NCBI GenBank assembly: GCA_003171315.1
Contig: PMYE01000174.1
Span: 7,367 to 71,366 of the forward strand
Direction: 5' to 3'
Length of the DNA stretch: 64,000 bases
Origin: Acidobacteriaceae bacterium
GTDB lineage: Bacteria > Acidobacteriota > Terriglobia > Terriglobales > Acidobacteriaceae
The notes below the pieces were generated by a model. That model did not search any database and was not told where the DNA came from. It saw only the letters and a program-made list of their open reading frames with translations. Below, piece by piece: positions 39,336-48,269 of the stretch; the stretch's first letter is position 1, and each line of letters begins with the position of its first letter. The position numbers were made by a program, and so were the translations under genes.

Positions 39336-40163
39336 ATGCCGAGAATTGGCTCCAGCCCGTTCGCTTTCCCCGACTTCCGCGGCGCTACACGCCGGCTGAT
39401 TCTCATCAATCTGGCCGCCTACTTTGTGCTGTTGCTGGCGAGCCTGGTGTTTTCCTCCACGGCGCAGATTGCCGGCGCATTGACGTTCGATCCCTATTCC
39501 TTTTTACATGGATTCCTCTGGCAGCCGGTCACTTACAGCTTCATCCACCCGCCGGGAATGATCCTTGGCACGCTCTTCGAGCTGCTCTCGCTTTGGTTTC
39601 TGGCCGGATTCCTCGAGAGCTTTCACAACGCCAACTGGGTCACGAGCCTCTATGCGGTTTCGGTGCTGGGAACAGCCGCGGCGGCGCTGGCTCTCTACGC
39701 AGTCTCGAGCACGCTGGCGCCCTCGCTCGCTGCGAATCCATTTCCGCTCTTCGGTTGCTTTGGCGGTATCTTCGGTCTGCTGGCGGCCATTGGGCTTCTC
39801 TACGGCGATGTGCAGTTCATGCTATTTCCCCTGCCCATGGGCATCAAGGCGCGCTACCTGGTCGCAATCTATGCGCTCGTTGCCGTCGCCATGCTCTTCG
39901 GCCAGGAGCGGCTCTACGCCTTCGCGCAACTGGGCGGAGCGCTGGCCGGCCTCCTCTACGTGCGCATGGCGCCGCGCCGCGGAGCCTCCTTCCTGCTCAG
40001 CGAAAGCTGGTACGGCCTGCGCAACCGCTACTACCGATGGAAGCGCCGCCGCGCCGCCCGCAAGTTCGAGGTCTACATGCGCTCGCAGGGCCGTACCGTC
40101 AAGTTTGACGGCCAGGGCCGTCCGATGGACGAAGACGCCGACGACAAGAAGCGCTGGAACTGA
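39336..40163 (+). CDS. rhomboid-fold membrane protein, predicted catalytically inactive
   Basis: Rhomboid topology and landmarks (WQPVTYSFIH, LFELLSLWFLAGFLE, GCFGGIFGLL, AQLGGALAGLL). The Ser/His/His/Asn positions are substituted. Start taken at the ATG at 39336; the track uses TTG at 39327. Confidence 0.8.
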   Translation: MPRIGSSPFAFPDFRGATRRLILINLAAYFVLLLASLVFSSTAQIAGALTFDPYSFLHGFLWQPVTYSFIHPPGMILGTLFELLSLWFLAGFLESFHNANWVTSLYAVSVLGTAAAALALYAVSSTLAPSLAANPFPLFGCFGGIFGLLAAIGLLYGDVQFMLFPLPMGIKARYLVAIYALVAVAMLFGQERLYAFAQLGGALAGLLYVRMAPRRGASFLLSESWYGLRNRYYRWKRRRAARKFEVYMRSQGRTVKFDGQGRPMDEDADDKKRWN

Positions 40164-40198
40164 GTCCGCTCGCACCGGCGCGTTAAAATTGTTTAGAA

Positions 40199-41146
40199 AT
40201 GTCCACAAAAATTGCCTTTCTCTTTCCCGGGCAGGGTTCGCAGGCTGTTGGCATGGGCCGCGAACTGGCCGAACGATTTCCCGTAGCTGCGCAAACCTTC
40301 GCCGAGGCCGATGCCGCGCTCGGCTTTCCGCTTTCGCGGCTTTGTTTCGAGGGTCCGGAGCAAGATCTGCGTCTTACTGAGAACACGCAGCCGGCCATCC
40401 TGACGGTCAGCGTCGCGGCGGCCCGAGTCCTTGCGGAGCTCGGCGTGGAACCGGCTCTCGCTGCGGGCCACTCTCTCGGCGAGTGGTCGGCGCACGTCAT
40501 CGCCGGGACGCTCTCCTTTGCCGATGCGGTGCGCGCGGTCAAGGCGCGCGGCGCGGCGATGCAAAAAGCGGTCCCGGCTGGCCAGGGAGCCATGGCCGCC
40601 GTCCTCGCGCTCGATGCAGTCGAGGTGGCTGAAGCCTGCCAGGAGGCCGCGCGCGAAACCGGGTTGACGGTGCAGGCCGCCAACCTGAACTCGCCCGGCC
40701 AGACCGTGATCTCCGGCGCGGCCGCGGCCGTTGAAAAAGCTTCGGCACTCTGCAAAGCCAGGGGCGCGCGCCGCACCGTCATGCTTCCCGTCAGCGCTCC
40801 CTTTCACTGCGCGCTCATGCAGCCCGCGCAAGAGGAAGTAGCGCGCGTGCTCGCGGCCATCGCGATCGGCGACCCGAGCATTCCCGTGGCCGCCAACGTC
40901 ACCGGCCAACTGGTGACTACAGCCGATGCCGCGCGCGACGCGCTCATCCGTCAGGTGACGGGTACGGTGCGCTGGGTCGATTGCGTGCAATCGCTAAAGG
41001 CCGCCGGCGTCGAACTGTTCATCGAAGTCGGTCCGGGCAAGGTGCTCTGCGGCCTGCTCAAGCAGATTGATCCCGCGCTGAAAGCGTTGAATGTGGAAGA
41101 CGCGGCGAGTTTAGAGACTACGCTGACGGAATTAAAGAGCGCCTGA
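40199..41146 (+). CDS. fabD: ACP S-malonyltransferase
   Basis: FPGQGSQAVGMG and GHSLGEWSA active-site motifs. Confidence 0.95.
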   Translation: MSTKIAFLFPGQGSQAVGMGRELAERFPVAAQTFAEADAALGFPLSRLCFEGPEQDLRLTENTQPAILTVSVAAARVLAELGVEPALAAGHSLGEWSAHVIAGTLSFADAVRAVKARGAAMQKAVPAGQGAMAAVLALDAVEVAEACQEAARETGLTVQAANLNSPGQTVISGAAAAVEKASALCKARGARRTVMLPVSAPFHCALMQPAQEEVARVLAAIAIGDPSIPVAANVTGQLVTTADAARDALIRQVTGTVRWVDCVQSLKAAGVELFIEVGPGKVLCGLLKQIDPALKALNVEDAASLETTLTELKSA

Positions 41147-41252
41147 GCTTTCTTTTTGATTTTGAACAGAGTGCCTTCCAGCGCGCGCCGGAGAGCGAAG
41201 ATATAGCTAAGGCAATTCCGCAACGGCTATACCCACTGCTTCCGTGCCCCAT

Positions 41253-41277
41253 CCTTTTCGCGTCTTTTGCGAAAAGG
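41253..41277. terminator. hairpin between convergent fabD and TonB-C genes (possible bidirectional terminator or REP-like unit)
   Basis: CCTTTTCGC-GTCTTTT-GCGAAAAGG stem-loop, flanked by C-rich and G-rich runs. Confidence 0.35.
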
Positions 41278-41319
41278 GCGGGAAAGCAAAAAGTTGGGTG
41301 CATCTACTCTGGATCGCTC

Positions 41320-41820
41320 TTAGAAAAGCATGGGTTTCATCTCAACGGAAATGCGATAGGCCACTGGCTTGCCATCTTTGGTCGCAGGTTCGAATTGATA
41401 CTGCTGGACGGCCTTGAATATTTCCGCGTCCATGCCATAGCCTGCGGACTTCATCAGGCACACATTCTGCGGCTTGCCATTCGCATCGACGACGAGGCCG
41501 ACCACGGCCGTAAACTCCAAAACTCGACCTTTGTGTTTTTGCCGCCTCGCCTCATCTGAGAACTCGGCTTCTGGAGTATATTTCGGTTTCGGCAGCGTTA
41601 CGCCTTCCTTGTCCTTGCCTACGATACCGTCCGTTGCAAGACTGTCATTGAACGTTGCGGGACACAACGGGACTGCAAGATCAGCAGTAGTCGAATGAGG
41701 ATCGCGAACGTGTGCCGCGGATTGCGGTTGCGTCAATTCGGCGGGCCTGTTTTGCTGTCGGGAGCACGCGGCCGAAACCGCGAGAATCAGCGTGACAAGG
41801 GACCATCTGGCGTATCGCAT
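41320..41820 (-). CDS. TonB C-terminal domain lipoprotein
   Basis: Signal/lipobox (LAVSAAC), then PKPKYTPEAEFSDEARRQKHKGRV...YQFEPATKDGKPVAY, a TonB_C fold. Confidence 0.8.
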   Translation of the reverse strand: MRYARWSLVTLILAVSAACSRQQNRPAELTQPQSAAHVRDPHSTTADLAVPLCPATFNDSLATDGIVGKDKEGVTLPKPKYTPEAEFSDEARRQKHKGRVLEFTAVVGLVVDANGKPQNVCLMKSAGYGMDAEIFKAVQQYQFEPATKDGKPVAYRISVEMKPMLF

Positions 41821-41862
41821 TACATTGTCACCACTTGCAAAGACGCAATTGTTCCCAATTCG

Positions 41863-44037
41863 TCATATCCCCAGCTCCCTCAGCAGAAACGCATAGTCCA
41901 GCGCAATCTCCTTCAGGTAGTCGTAACGCCCGCTCGCCCCGCCGTGCCCGGCCTGCATATTTGTCACCAGCAGCAGCGGATTCGAGTCCCTCTTGAGCGT
42001 GCGCAGCCTGGCTACATACTTAGCCGGCTCCCAATACATCACCTGGCTGTCGTGCAGGCTTGTCTTGACTAACATCGCCGGGTAACTTGCCGCGCGTAAG
42101 TTATCATACGGCGAGTAACTCAACATATAGCGAAAATACTCCTCCTGGTTCGGGTCGCCCCATTCCTCGTATTCGGGAACGGTCAGGGGCAGGGAGGCGT
42201 CGAGCATCGTATTCATCACGTCCACGAACGGCACGTGCGAAACCACCGCGCGAAACAGCTCCGGCCGCATGTTCACTACCGCGCCCATCAGCAACCCGCC
42301 TGCCGATCCGCCCTCTGCCGCCACGCGCTTCGGATCGCCGTAGCCTGCGGCGATCAGGTGCTCCACGCAGGCGATGAAATCGGTGAAGGTGTTACGCTTC
42401 ACCAGCATTTTGCCCGCGTCGTGCCAGGGCTTGCCCAGGTCGCCGCCGCCGCGGATGTGCGCGTAAGCCATCACCACGCCGCGGTCGAGCAGGCTCAACC
42501 GGTTCGAGCTGAATCCAATCGGCAGCGAGTACCCGTACGACCCGTAGCCGTACACATAGAGAGGATTACCGGGTGCCCCAGGTCCCGATTCTGGGACCTG
42601 GGAAATCGCTGACCTTGTCGCGCTCCGGTCTTTCCCTGCGAATTTGTCCCGGCGATAGACGATCGACACCGGAATCTCAATGCCGGCAGGAGCCTTTGCT
42701 CCGTCGCCGCCGGGCGCCGTAACGTGAATGCGTTCGCTCGCGTACTGCGTCCGGTCGAATCCGCCCGGTATTTCAAGCTGCTTGAGCAGCGTTGACGCGC
42801 CGGTCGTAACGTCGTACTCATAAACCGAACTCGGCGTAACCAGCGATTGGTACGAATAACGGAACGTCGTGGTCTCGAAGATGCGATTGATGTGCGGCTG
42901 TGCGCTGTAGGCCGGCTCGGGAAAAGCAATCTCTCCGGCGGGCACGGCCCCGTTTCCGATTCCGGTCCCGTCGCCCGCGAACTTCCACAGCCGCAGCCGT
43001 GGCAACCCATCCTCGCGCTCGCAGGCGATAAAGAACCCCGCGAACAGGTCCACGTCCTCGAGCATCACCGCATCGCGATGCGCGATTCGTTCCGTCCAGT
43101 GCTCGCGGCCCGGCGTGGCCACGGGCGCGGTCACCAGGCGGAAGTTGCGCCCGCGGTCGTTGGTGCGGATGAACCACAGCCCATTGCGGTGGTCGACCGA
43201 GTACTCGTGTTCCTCCTCGCGCGGCGCAATCACCGTGAAGTTGCCGGTGGCGTCGTCCGCTGCTAGAACGCGGCACTCGGTCGTCGTATGGCTGCCCGAT
43301 TCCAGCACGATGTACTTGCCGTCGCGCGTCCGGCCCGCGGCCAGGTTGAAGCGCTCGTCGTCATCCTGGAATACAAACACAGCTTCAGAGAGCTGCTCTG
43401 CGCAGCCGCGCCAGAGCTGAAATTGCCGCTTCTGCTGCTCGTCCTCCACGGTGTAGAAGAGCGTGCGGTTGTCCGCGGCCCAGACGACGGAGCCCACGCG
43501 CTCCACCTCGCCCGCGAGCGTCTCGCCCGTCGCCAGGTCCTTGATGCGCAGGGTGTATTGGCGGAAGCCCTTGGTGTCCGTCGTATAAGCCAGCCACCGC
43601 CCGTCGTCCGTAATGTCAGTGTCGCCGATGGCGAAGAATGAGCGTCCCTTGGCCAGCTCGTTGCCGTCCAACAGCACTTCTTCCGCTGCCTCGGCGTCAG
43701 GCCCCGCCAACAAGCCCTGCTTGCGGCAATGAATGCCGTACTGCAAGCCCTCCTCGGTGCGCGTGTAGTACCACCAGGCGCCGTCCCGGTAGGGAACCGA
43801 AACGTCGGTCTGCTTCACATGGCTCAGCATCTCCTGGTAGAGTTCTTCGCGCAGACCGGCCAATGGAGCTATCACCGCTTCGGCATAGGCATTTTCGGCT
43901 TCGAGGTACGCGGTCACATCCGGGTTTTCCTTGTCGCGCAGCCATGCATAATCGTCGGCGAGCACGACCCCGTGTAGTCTGGTTTCCGTATGCACTTTGC
44001 GGGCAACAGGGGGCGAAGGAAGCGGATTTTGGCTCAT
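41863..44037 (-). CDS. S9 family serine peptidase, oligopeptidase B / prolyl oligopeptidase-like
   Basis: N-terminal beta-propeller region plus catalytic GGSAGGLLMG and a C-terminal ...AGHGG region. Start at MSQNPLPSPPVARK (44037). Confidence 0.9.
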   Translation of the reverse strand: MSQNPLPSPPVARKVHTETRLHGVVLADDYAWLRDKENPDVTAYLEAENAYAEAVIAPLAGLREELYQEMLSHVKQTDVSVPYRDGAWWYYTRTEEGLQYGIHCRKQGLLAGPDAEAAEEVLLDGNELAKGRSFFAIGDTDITDDGRWLAYTTDTKGFRQYTLRIKDLATGETLAGEVERVGSVVWAADNRTLFYTVEDEQQKRQFQLWRGCAEQLSEAVFVFQDDDERFNLAAGRTRDGKYIVLESGSHTTTECRVLAADDATGNFTVIAPREEEHEYSVDHRNGLWFIRTNDRGRNFRLVTAPVATPGREHWTERIAHRDAVMLEDVDLFAGFFIACEREDGLPRLRLWKFAGDGTGIGNGAVPAGEIAFPEPAYSAQPHINRIFETTTFRYSYQSLVTPSSVYEYDVTTGASTLLKQLEIPGGFDRTQYASERIHVTAPGGDGAKAPAGIEIPVSIVYRRDKFAGKDRSATRSAISQVPESGPGAPGNPLYVYGYGSYGYSLPIGFSSNRLSLLDRGVVMAYAHIRGGGDLGKPWHDAGKMLVKRNTFTDFIACVEHLIAAGYGDPKRVAAEGGSAGGLLMGAVVNMRPELFRAVVSHVPFVDVMNTMLDASLPLTVPEYEEWGDPNQEEYFRYMLSYSPYDNLRAASYPAMLVKTSLHDSQVMYWEPAKYVARLRTLKRDSNPLLLVTNMQAGHGGASGRYDYLKEIALDYAFLLRELGI

Positions 44038-44105
44038 TTCCTTTTCAGTGTAGAGCCTGCAGCTTCTGGAACCTCCCCGGCCCGCACACGTACAATGAAA
44101 GAGGA

Positions 44106-44927
44106 ATGAGAGGTCTTCGCCGCGCATATTTTGCCATGATCCCGCCGTTACTCGCGGGTCTCATGGCTTTTCTCGCCATCCCCTTGCGCGCCGAACCCGT
44201 CGCAAGCCTGCCCCAGCCCACCGATTACGTCAGCGATTTTGCGCACGTGCTCTCGCCGCAGGCCATTGCGCAGTTGGATTCGATCTGCCAGCAGCTTGAC
44301 CACTCGCAGGCCCGCGCGCAAATCGCCGTGGTCACCGTACACGATCTCAACGGCGACGACGCGGCCGACTATGCCGATCGGCTTGAAGACCACTGGAAGA
44401 TGGGGAACAAGGGCGACAACAAGTACGCCATGGTGCTTCTGGCCGTCGCCGACCACAAATACCGCATTGAGGTTGGCTACGGTCTGGAAGGCATCCTGCC
44501 CGATGGCAAAACCGGCGACATCGGCCGCGGGATGGTGCCTGACCTGAAGGCCGGCGACTATGACGGAGCGGTCACGTTAGCCGTCGGCGAGGTTGCCCAG
44601 GTGATTGCCGCCGATGCAAACGTCACGCTGAACCAGGACGAGCCGGCGCCAGTGAGCCAGCCCGAACAGCACGGCGACGGCTTTGGAAAACTCATTCTAC
44701 TCATCCTTCTCCTGGTCTTTTTCGGAGGAGGCTCGCTACTCCGCATGCTCTTCGGCTTCGGTCTGTTCTTTGGGGGATGGGGCGGAGGCGGTTGGCGCGG
44801 AGGGCCTATGATCGGCGGGCCCGGGATGGGCGGCGGATTTGGCGGTGGTGGGGGTGGTTCGGGCTTCGGCGGATTTGGTGGCATGGGCGGCGGATTTGGC
44901 GGCGGCGGCGCCGGAGGAAGTTGGTAG
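44106..44927 (+). CDS. TPM domain-containing protein (YgcG-like) with Gly-rich C-terminal tail
   Basis: Signal peptide, TPM-type DYVSDFAHVLSPQAI...IAVVTV...YRIEVGYGLEG, a TM helix, and a GGWGGGGWRGG...GGFGGGG tail. The N-terminal part of the 429-aa track ORF is antisense to the peptidase gene and is discarded. Confidence 0.85.
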   Translation: MRGLRRAYFAMIPPLLAGLMAFLAIPLRAEPVASLPQPTDYVSDFAHVLSPQAIAQLDSICQQLDHSQARAQIAVVTVHDLNGDDAADYADRLEDHWKMGNKGDNKYAMVLLAVADHKYRIEVGYGLEGILPDGKTGDIGRGMVPDLKAGDYDGAVTLAVGEVAQVIAADANVTLNQDEPAPVSQPEQHGDGFGKLILLILLLVFFGGGSLLRMLFGFGLFFGGWGGGGWRGGPMIGGPGMGGGFGGGGGGSGFGGFGGMGGGFGGGGAGGSW

Positions 44928-45043
44928 CGCATCGAGCTCTCAGCCTTCAGCTCTCAGCTTTCAGCAGGTGCCGCGAAGCTCGGAGCCGTATCGTAAATGC
45001 CAGAGGGCTAAGCTGAAAGCTGACGGCTGATTGCTGATAGCTG
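44925..45043. repeat. heptamer-periodic inverted-repeat hairpin element C
   Basis: The left arm at 44932-44965 is TCGAGCT CTCAGCC TTCAGCT CTCAGCT TTCAGC. The right arm at 45007-45043 is GCTAAGC TGAAAGC TGACGGC TGATTGC TGATAGC TG. An 11-bp perfect core CAGCTTTCAGC/GCTGAAAGCTG extends to about 30 imperfect bp, with a 46-nt loop. The element begins at the TPM gene stop. Confidence 0.8.
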
Positions 45044-45068
45044 TTTCGACGGAGGAGGGTCAAACTTT

Positions 45069-45647
45069 ATGAGCCGTGGACTTGGAATTACGCTGGCTGT
45101 TGTGGCCGTTCTTTTGCTGGTAGTCTTCATGGTCTTTGGCAGTTACGTGAGCGCCAGGAACCAGATGGTGGCCAAGGACCAGAATGTGAAGTCGGCGTGG
45201 TCGGAGGTTGACGTGCAACTGGAACGGCGCGCCGACCTGATCCCCAACCTGGTATCGACCGTGAAGGGCTTCACCAAGGAAGAAAGCAGCGTGTACGCCG
45301 ACATCGCGCAGGCCCGGGACGGGTTGATGAACGCCCAGACCCCGGAGGCCAAGATCGCAGCGAACGGCCAGCTCGATAGCGCCCTCGCCAAGGTTCTCGT
45401 CCTCACCGAGAACTACCCTCAGTTGCGCTCCAGCGATCAGTTCATGCGCCTGCAGGACGAGCTGTCGGGGACCGAGAACCGCATCGGCGTGGCGCGCAAA
45501 CGCTACAACGACGCGATCCAGGATTACAACACGTTCGTGCTACAGTTCCCCAACAACATCTGGGCGGGGATTGCCGGCTTCCACCAGAACAATGCCTACT
45601 TCACAGCCAGCCCGTCGGCACAATCCGTACCCAACGTGCAGTTCTGA
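45069..45647 (+). CDS. lemA: LemA family protein
   Basis: N-terminal TM helix, then YVSARNQMV...AWSEVDVQLERRADLIPNLV...YNDAIQDYNT, a typical LemA sequence. RBS GGAGGAGGG. Confidence 0.9.
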   Translation: MSRGLGITLAVVAVLLLVVFMVFGSYVSARNQMVAKDQNVKSAWSEVDVQLERRADLIPNLVSTVKGFTKEESSVYADIAQARDGLMNAQTPEAKIAANGQLDSALAKVLVLTENYPQLRSSDQFMRLQDELSGTENRIGVARKRYNDAIQDYNTFVLQFPNNIWAGIAGFHQNNAYFTASPSAQSVPNVQF

Positions 45648-45677
45648 ATTCCGAGCCGCCGGCAACAAACGCAAAAA

Positions 45678-45703
45678 GGCCATTCCGCCATGGCGGAATG
45701 GCC
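45678..45703. terminator. bidirectional terminator hairpin between lemA and the STAS gene
   Basis: Perfect 26-nt palindrome GGCCATTCCGCCATGGCGGAATGGCC, preceded by AAAAA. Confidence 0.6.
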
Positions 45704-45760
45704 TCGTTGGCTAGGGCTGACTTAGCGTTGCACCCGATCCGGCGAAGCGGCCGATTCAGG

Positions 45761-46105
45761 CTACTTGAAGGAAGCGATGGCGCTGGCCTCGTCATCGTAG
45801 ATGTCGAAGACGGTATACAGCTTGGTCAGTTGCAGCAGATCGTGGACCTTCTTGGTCAGTTTGAGCAGTTTGAGGCTCGCGCCCTGGTTTCTGGCCGTGG
45901 TGTAGGCGCTCACCAGTTCGCCCAGGCCCGAACTATCGATATAGGTCACTTCGCCCAGATCGAGCAGGATGCTCCGCTGTCCTTTGGCGATCAGGTCGCG
46001 AATGGCGTCGCGCAGTTGCACGCTACCCTCGCCCAATGTGATCCGCCCGCTCAATTCCAAAACAGTCACCCCATCCACTTCACGGGAAGTTAACACAAGT
46101 GCCAC
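45761..46105 (-). CDS. STAS domain anti-sigma-factor antagonist
   Basis: VTVLELSGRITLGEG...LLDLGEVTYIDSSGLGELV, with the phosphorylatable Ser in DSSGLG. The GTG start has AAGGAGGG 7 nt upstream. Confidence 0.88.
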   Translation of the reverse strand: MALVLTSREVDGVTVLELSGRITLGEGSVQLRDAIRDLIAKGQRSILLDLGEVTYIDSSGLGELVSAYTTARNQGASLKLLKLTKKVHDLLQLTKLYTVFDIYDDEASAIASFK

Positions 46106-46227
46106 GGAAAAACCCTCCTTATCGGTACTTCGGTTATAGCACCTTTGCCCGCGGCGGCCGGCGGAAAACTTTGCCCCCCGCCCCGCAAGAAAGGGGACCG
46201 TCTTCCGGTTCCCGCCTTCCCGCCATG

Positions 46228-46668
46228 CTAGCTTTTCTCGTCCTTCGGCCCCAGATGCTTGATCAGCGTTAGCTCGGTCCCGGGATGCAATTGTCGAAAG
46301 TGTACCTCATCCATCAACGACCGGATGAGGAAGATGCCGCGGCCCGTGCCGCGAAGAAGGTTTTCGGCGGCGAGCGGGTCGGGCAAATGGTCGGGATCGA
46401 ACCCGCTTCCCTGGTCGGCAATGGTAAAAACCAGGTCTGCGCCCGTGTTCTCCAGTGAAACTTCAATTTGCCGGGCGGGATCGTACTCGTTGCCGTGTAG
46501 CACCGCGTTGATCGCGGCCTCGCGCACGGCCATGCCGATGTGAAAGCGCTGCTCCTCGTCGAGACCTGCCTCGGTGGCCAACTCATCCGCGGCCGCCTCC
46601 ACCTCGCCTACGCTTTCCATGGTGGAGCTGAACCGGAAACTCTGCCGTCCTCGAATGGGTGCGCTCAC
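46228..46668 (-). CDS. anti-sigma regulatory factor, Ser/Thr protein kinase (RsbW/SpoIIAB-like, HATPase_c)
   Basis: N-box EAAINAVLHGNE and G-box DQGSGFD...GRGIFLIRSLMDEV. The start is uncertain (GTG at 46668 or ATG at 46620). The upstream part of the 222-aa ORF looks non-coding. Confidence 0.82.
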   Translation of the reverse strand: MSAPIRGRQSFRFSSTMESVGEVEAAADELATEAGLDEEQRFHIGMAVREAAINAVLHGNEYDPARQIEVSLENTGADLVFTIADQGSGFDPDHLPDPLAAENLLRGTGRGIFLIRSLMDEVHFRQLHPGTELTLIKHLGPKDEKS

Positions 46669-46865
46669 CGGGCTGCTTTCCGCCTCCGCCGGAGTGGGCT
46701 GGAAACCTCCTCCCCCTGCTCCATCAACCTTGCTGGCAGTTTCACGTCTGGATGCGTTTGTGTCAAGCGCGAGGGAATGATTCCTCCTGGTCCTGAAACG
46801 GATTCTGCCGGACAATCGCCGCGCTCGAGAGCATAAACTGCATTCCAAAGGTCTACACTCAACCC

Positions 46866-48134
46866 ATGGAGCCGCGAATGGACCAGCGCGCCTCAACCCG
46901 TGTCAGCCTTACGGCGCTGCTCGGCGCCCCGGTGGCCGATGCGCAGGGGCAGTTGCGCGGCAAACTCCAGGATATTGTCGTGGCCACAGGACCGGATGGC
47001 GGCAAGGTAGCAGGCCTTGTGCTCAAGACGCGCACCGGCCTTTGCCTGGTGCCTTCGCAGGAGGTGAGGGAGACCCCTGCCGGCACTCTTGAATTGCGCT
47101 CGGCCGAAGCGCTCGTCCCTCTCAAGGACGAAGGCGGCTATCTCTTCCTGCAGCGGGATCTCGTCGACCGGCAGATTATCGACATCAACGGCCGCAAGGT
47201 GGTCCGGGTAAACGATGTGGATATGGAGTGGACGGACCAAGGCGCGGCCCGCCTGCTGCGCGTGGCCGAGGTCGAGGTGGGGCTGCGTGGCGCGTTTCGC
47301 AGGGTTTTCAAAGGCGTATTGCCCCGGGCCCGGCTCGAGTCGATCTCACGCAAGTTCAGCGCGCGCGCCATTCCCTGGCAGTTTGTCGATGTCATTGAGC
47401 CGGATCCCGCGCGTCGCGTCAAACTGCGTATCGAACACGAGCGCCTGGCCGGGATCCACCCCTCTGAGCTGGCCGACATTCTGGAAGATCTTGCGCCCGC
47501 CGAGCGCGAAGCCGTCTTTACCTCGCTCGACCAGGAGGTGGCCGCCGAAACCCTGGAAGAGGTCGAGCCCAAGCTGCAAAAGGCCCTGCTCGAAAAGCTC
47601 GACGAAGAGCGCATCGCCGACATCGTGGAAGAGATGGATCCGGGCGCCGCGGCCGATCTGCTCGGCGAACTGCCCGAACACCAATCCGACGCTATCCTGG
47701 AAGAGATGGAGCCGGAGGAGCGGCAGGAAGTCGAGGAATTGCTCGAGTTCGACGAGGACTCGGCTGCCGGCTGCATGACCACGGACTACGTCTATTTGGG
47801 CGTAGACGCCAATGTTGCCCAGGCAGTGCAGGCGCTGCGCAGCTTTGACGGCGATCCTGAGACCGTCACCGAGATCTTCTTGCTTGACGACAAGCGCGTA
47901 CTGCGCGGCGCCGTCTCGCTGGCGCGGCTCGTCATGGCGCAGCCCGAGACGCGGCTTGCCGTGCTGGCTGAGCCCCGCGTGCTCTCCTGCCCGCCCGACC
48001 TGAAGCAGAACCAGTTGGCCGAGATGTTCGACAAGTACAACCTCCACGCGCTTCCCGTCGTGGATTCGCAGGGCCGCATGGTCGGCGTCGTGCAGGCCGA
48101 ACAGGTGATCGGTTTTTTGCGTGAGAAGCTGTAA
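46866..48134 (+). CDS. soluble PRC-barrel / MgtE N-terminal domain / CBS-pair protein (no transporter domain)
   Basis: MgtE_N-like acidic helical repeats (ELADILEDLAPAEREAVF...DIVEEMDPGAAADLLGELP...) are followed by two CBS motifs. There are no TM helices and the protein ends at 422 aa. Confidence 0.8.
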   Translation: MEPRMDQRASTRVSLTALLGAPVADAQGQLRGKLQDIVVATGPDGGKVAGLVLKTRTGLCLVPSQEVRETPAGTLELRSAEALVPLKDEGGYLFLQRDLVDRQIIDINGRKVVRVNDVDMEWTDQGAARLLRVAEVEVGLRGAFRRVFKGVLPRARLESISRKFSARAIPWQFVDVIEPDPARRVKLRIEHERLAGIHPSELADILEDLAPAEREAVFTSLDQEVAAETLEEVEPKLQKALLEKLDEERIADIVEEMDPGAAADLLGELPEHQSDAILEEMEPEERQEVEELLEFDEDSAAGCMTTDYVYLGVDANVAQAVQALRSFDGDPETVTEIFLLDDKRVLRGAVSLARLVMAQPETRLAVLAEPRVLSCPPDLKQNQLAEMFDKYNLHALPVVDSQGRMVGVVQAEQVIGFLREKL

Positions 48135-48269
48135 CGCCTCGAACACGGGCTGCGAGGACAGACCTCAGTTTGCCGCTCTTTGGGCAAAATGGCCCGTTTC
48201 CCCATGCTCCATGCGCGGGATGCAAGAGAAAACGCACAGTTGGAGCGGAATCTGTGAAACAATCTATGG

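Noticed and set aside
43638-44105. N-terminal 156 aa of the 429-aa ORF containing the TPM protein
   Set aside because: This part overlaps the S9 peptidase gene on the opposite strand and is Arg/Pro-rich. A signal peptide begins at the internal ATG at 44106, so the gene was trimmed.
44558-44932. 124-aa Pro-rich minus-strand ORF (PPPPNPPP...)
   Set aside because: It is the antisense translation of the Gly-rich (GGN) tail of the TPM protein, so it is a compositional artefact.
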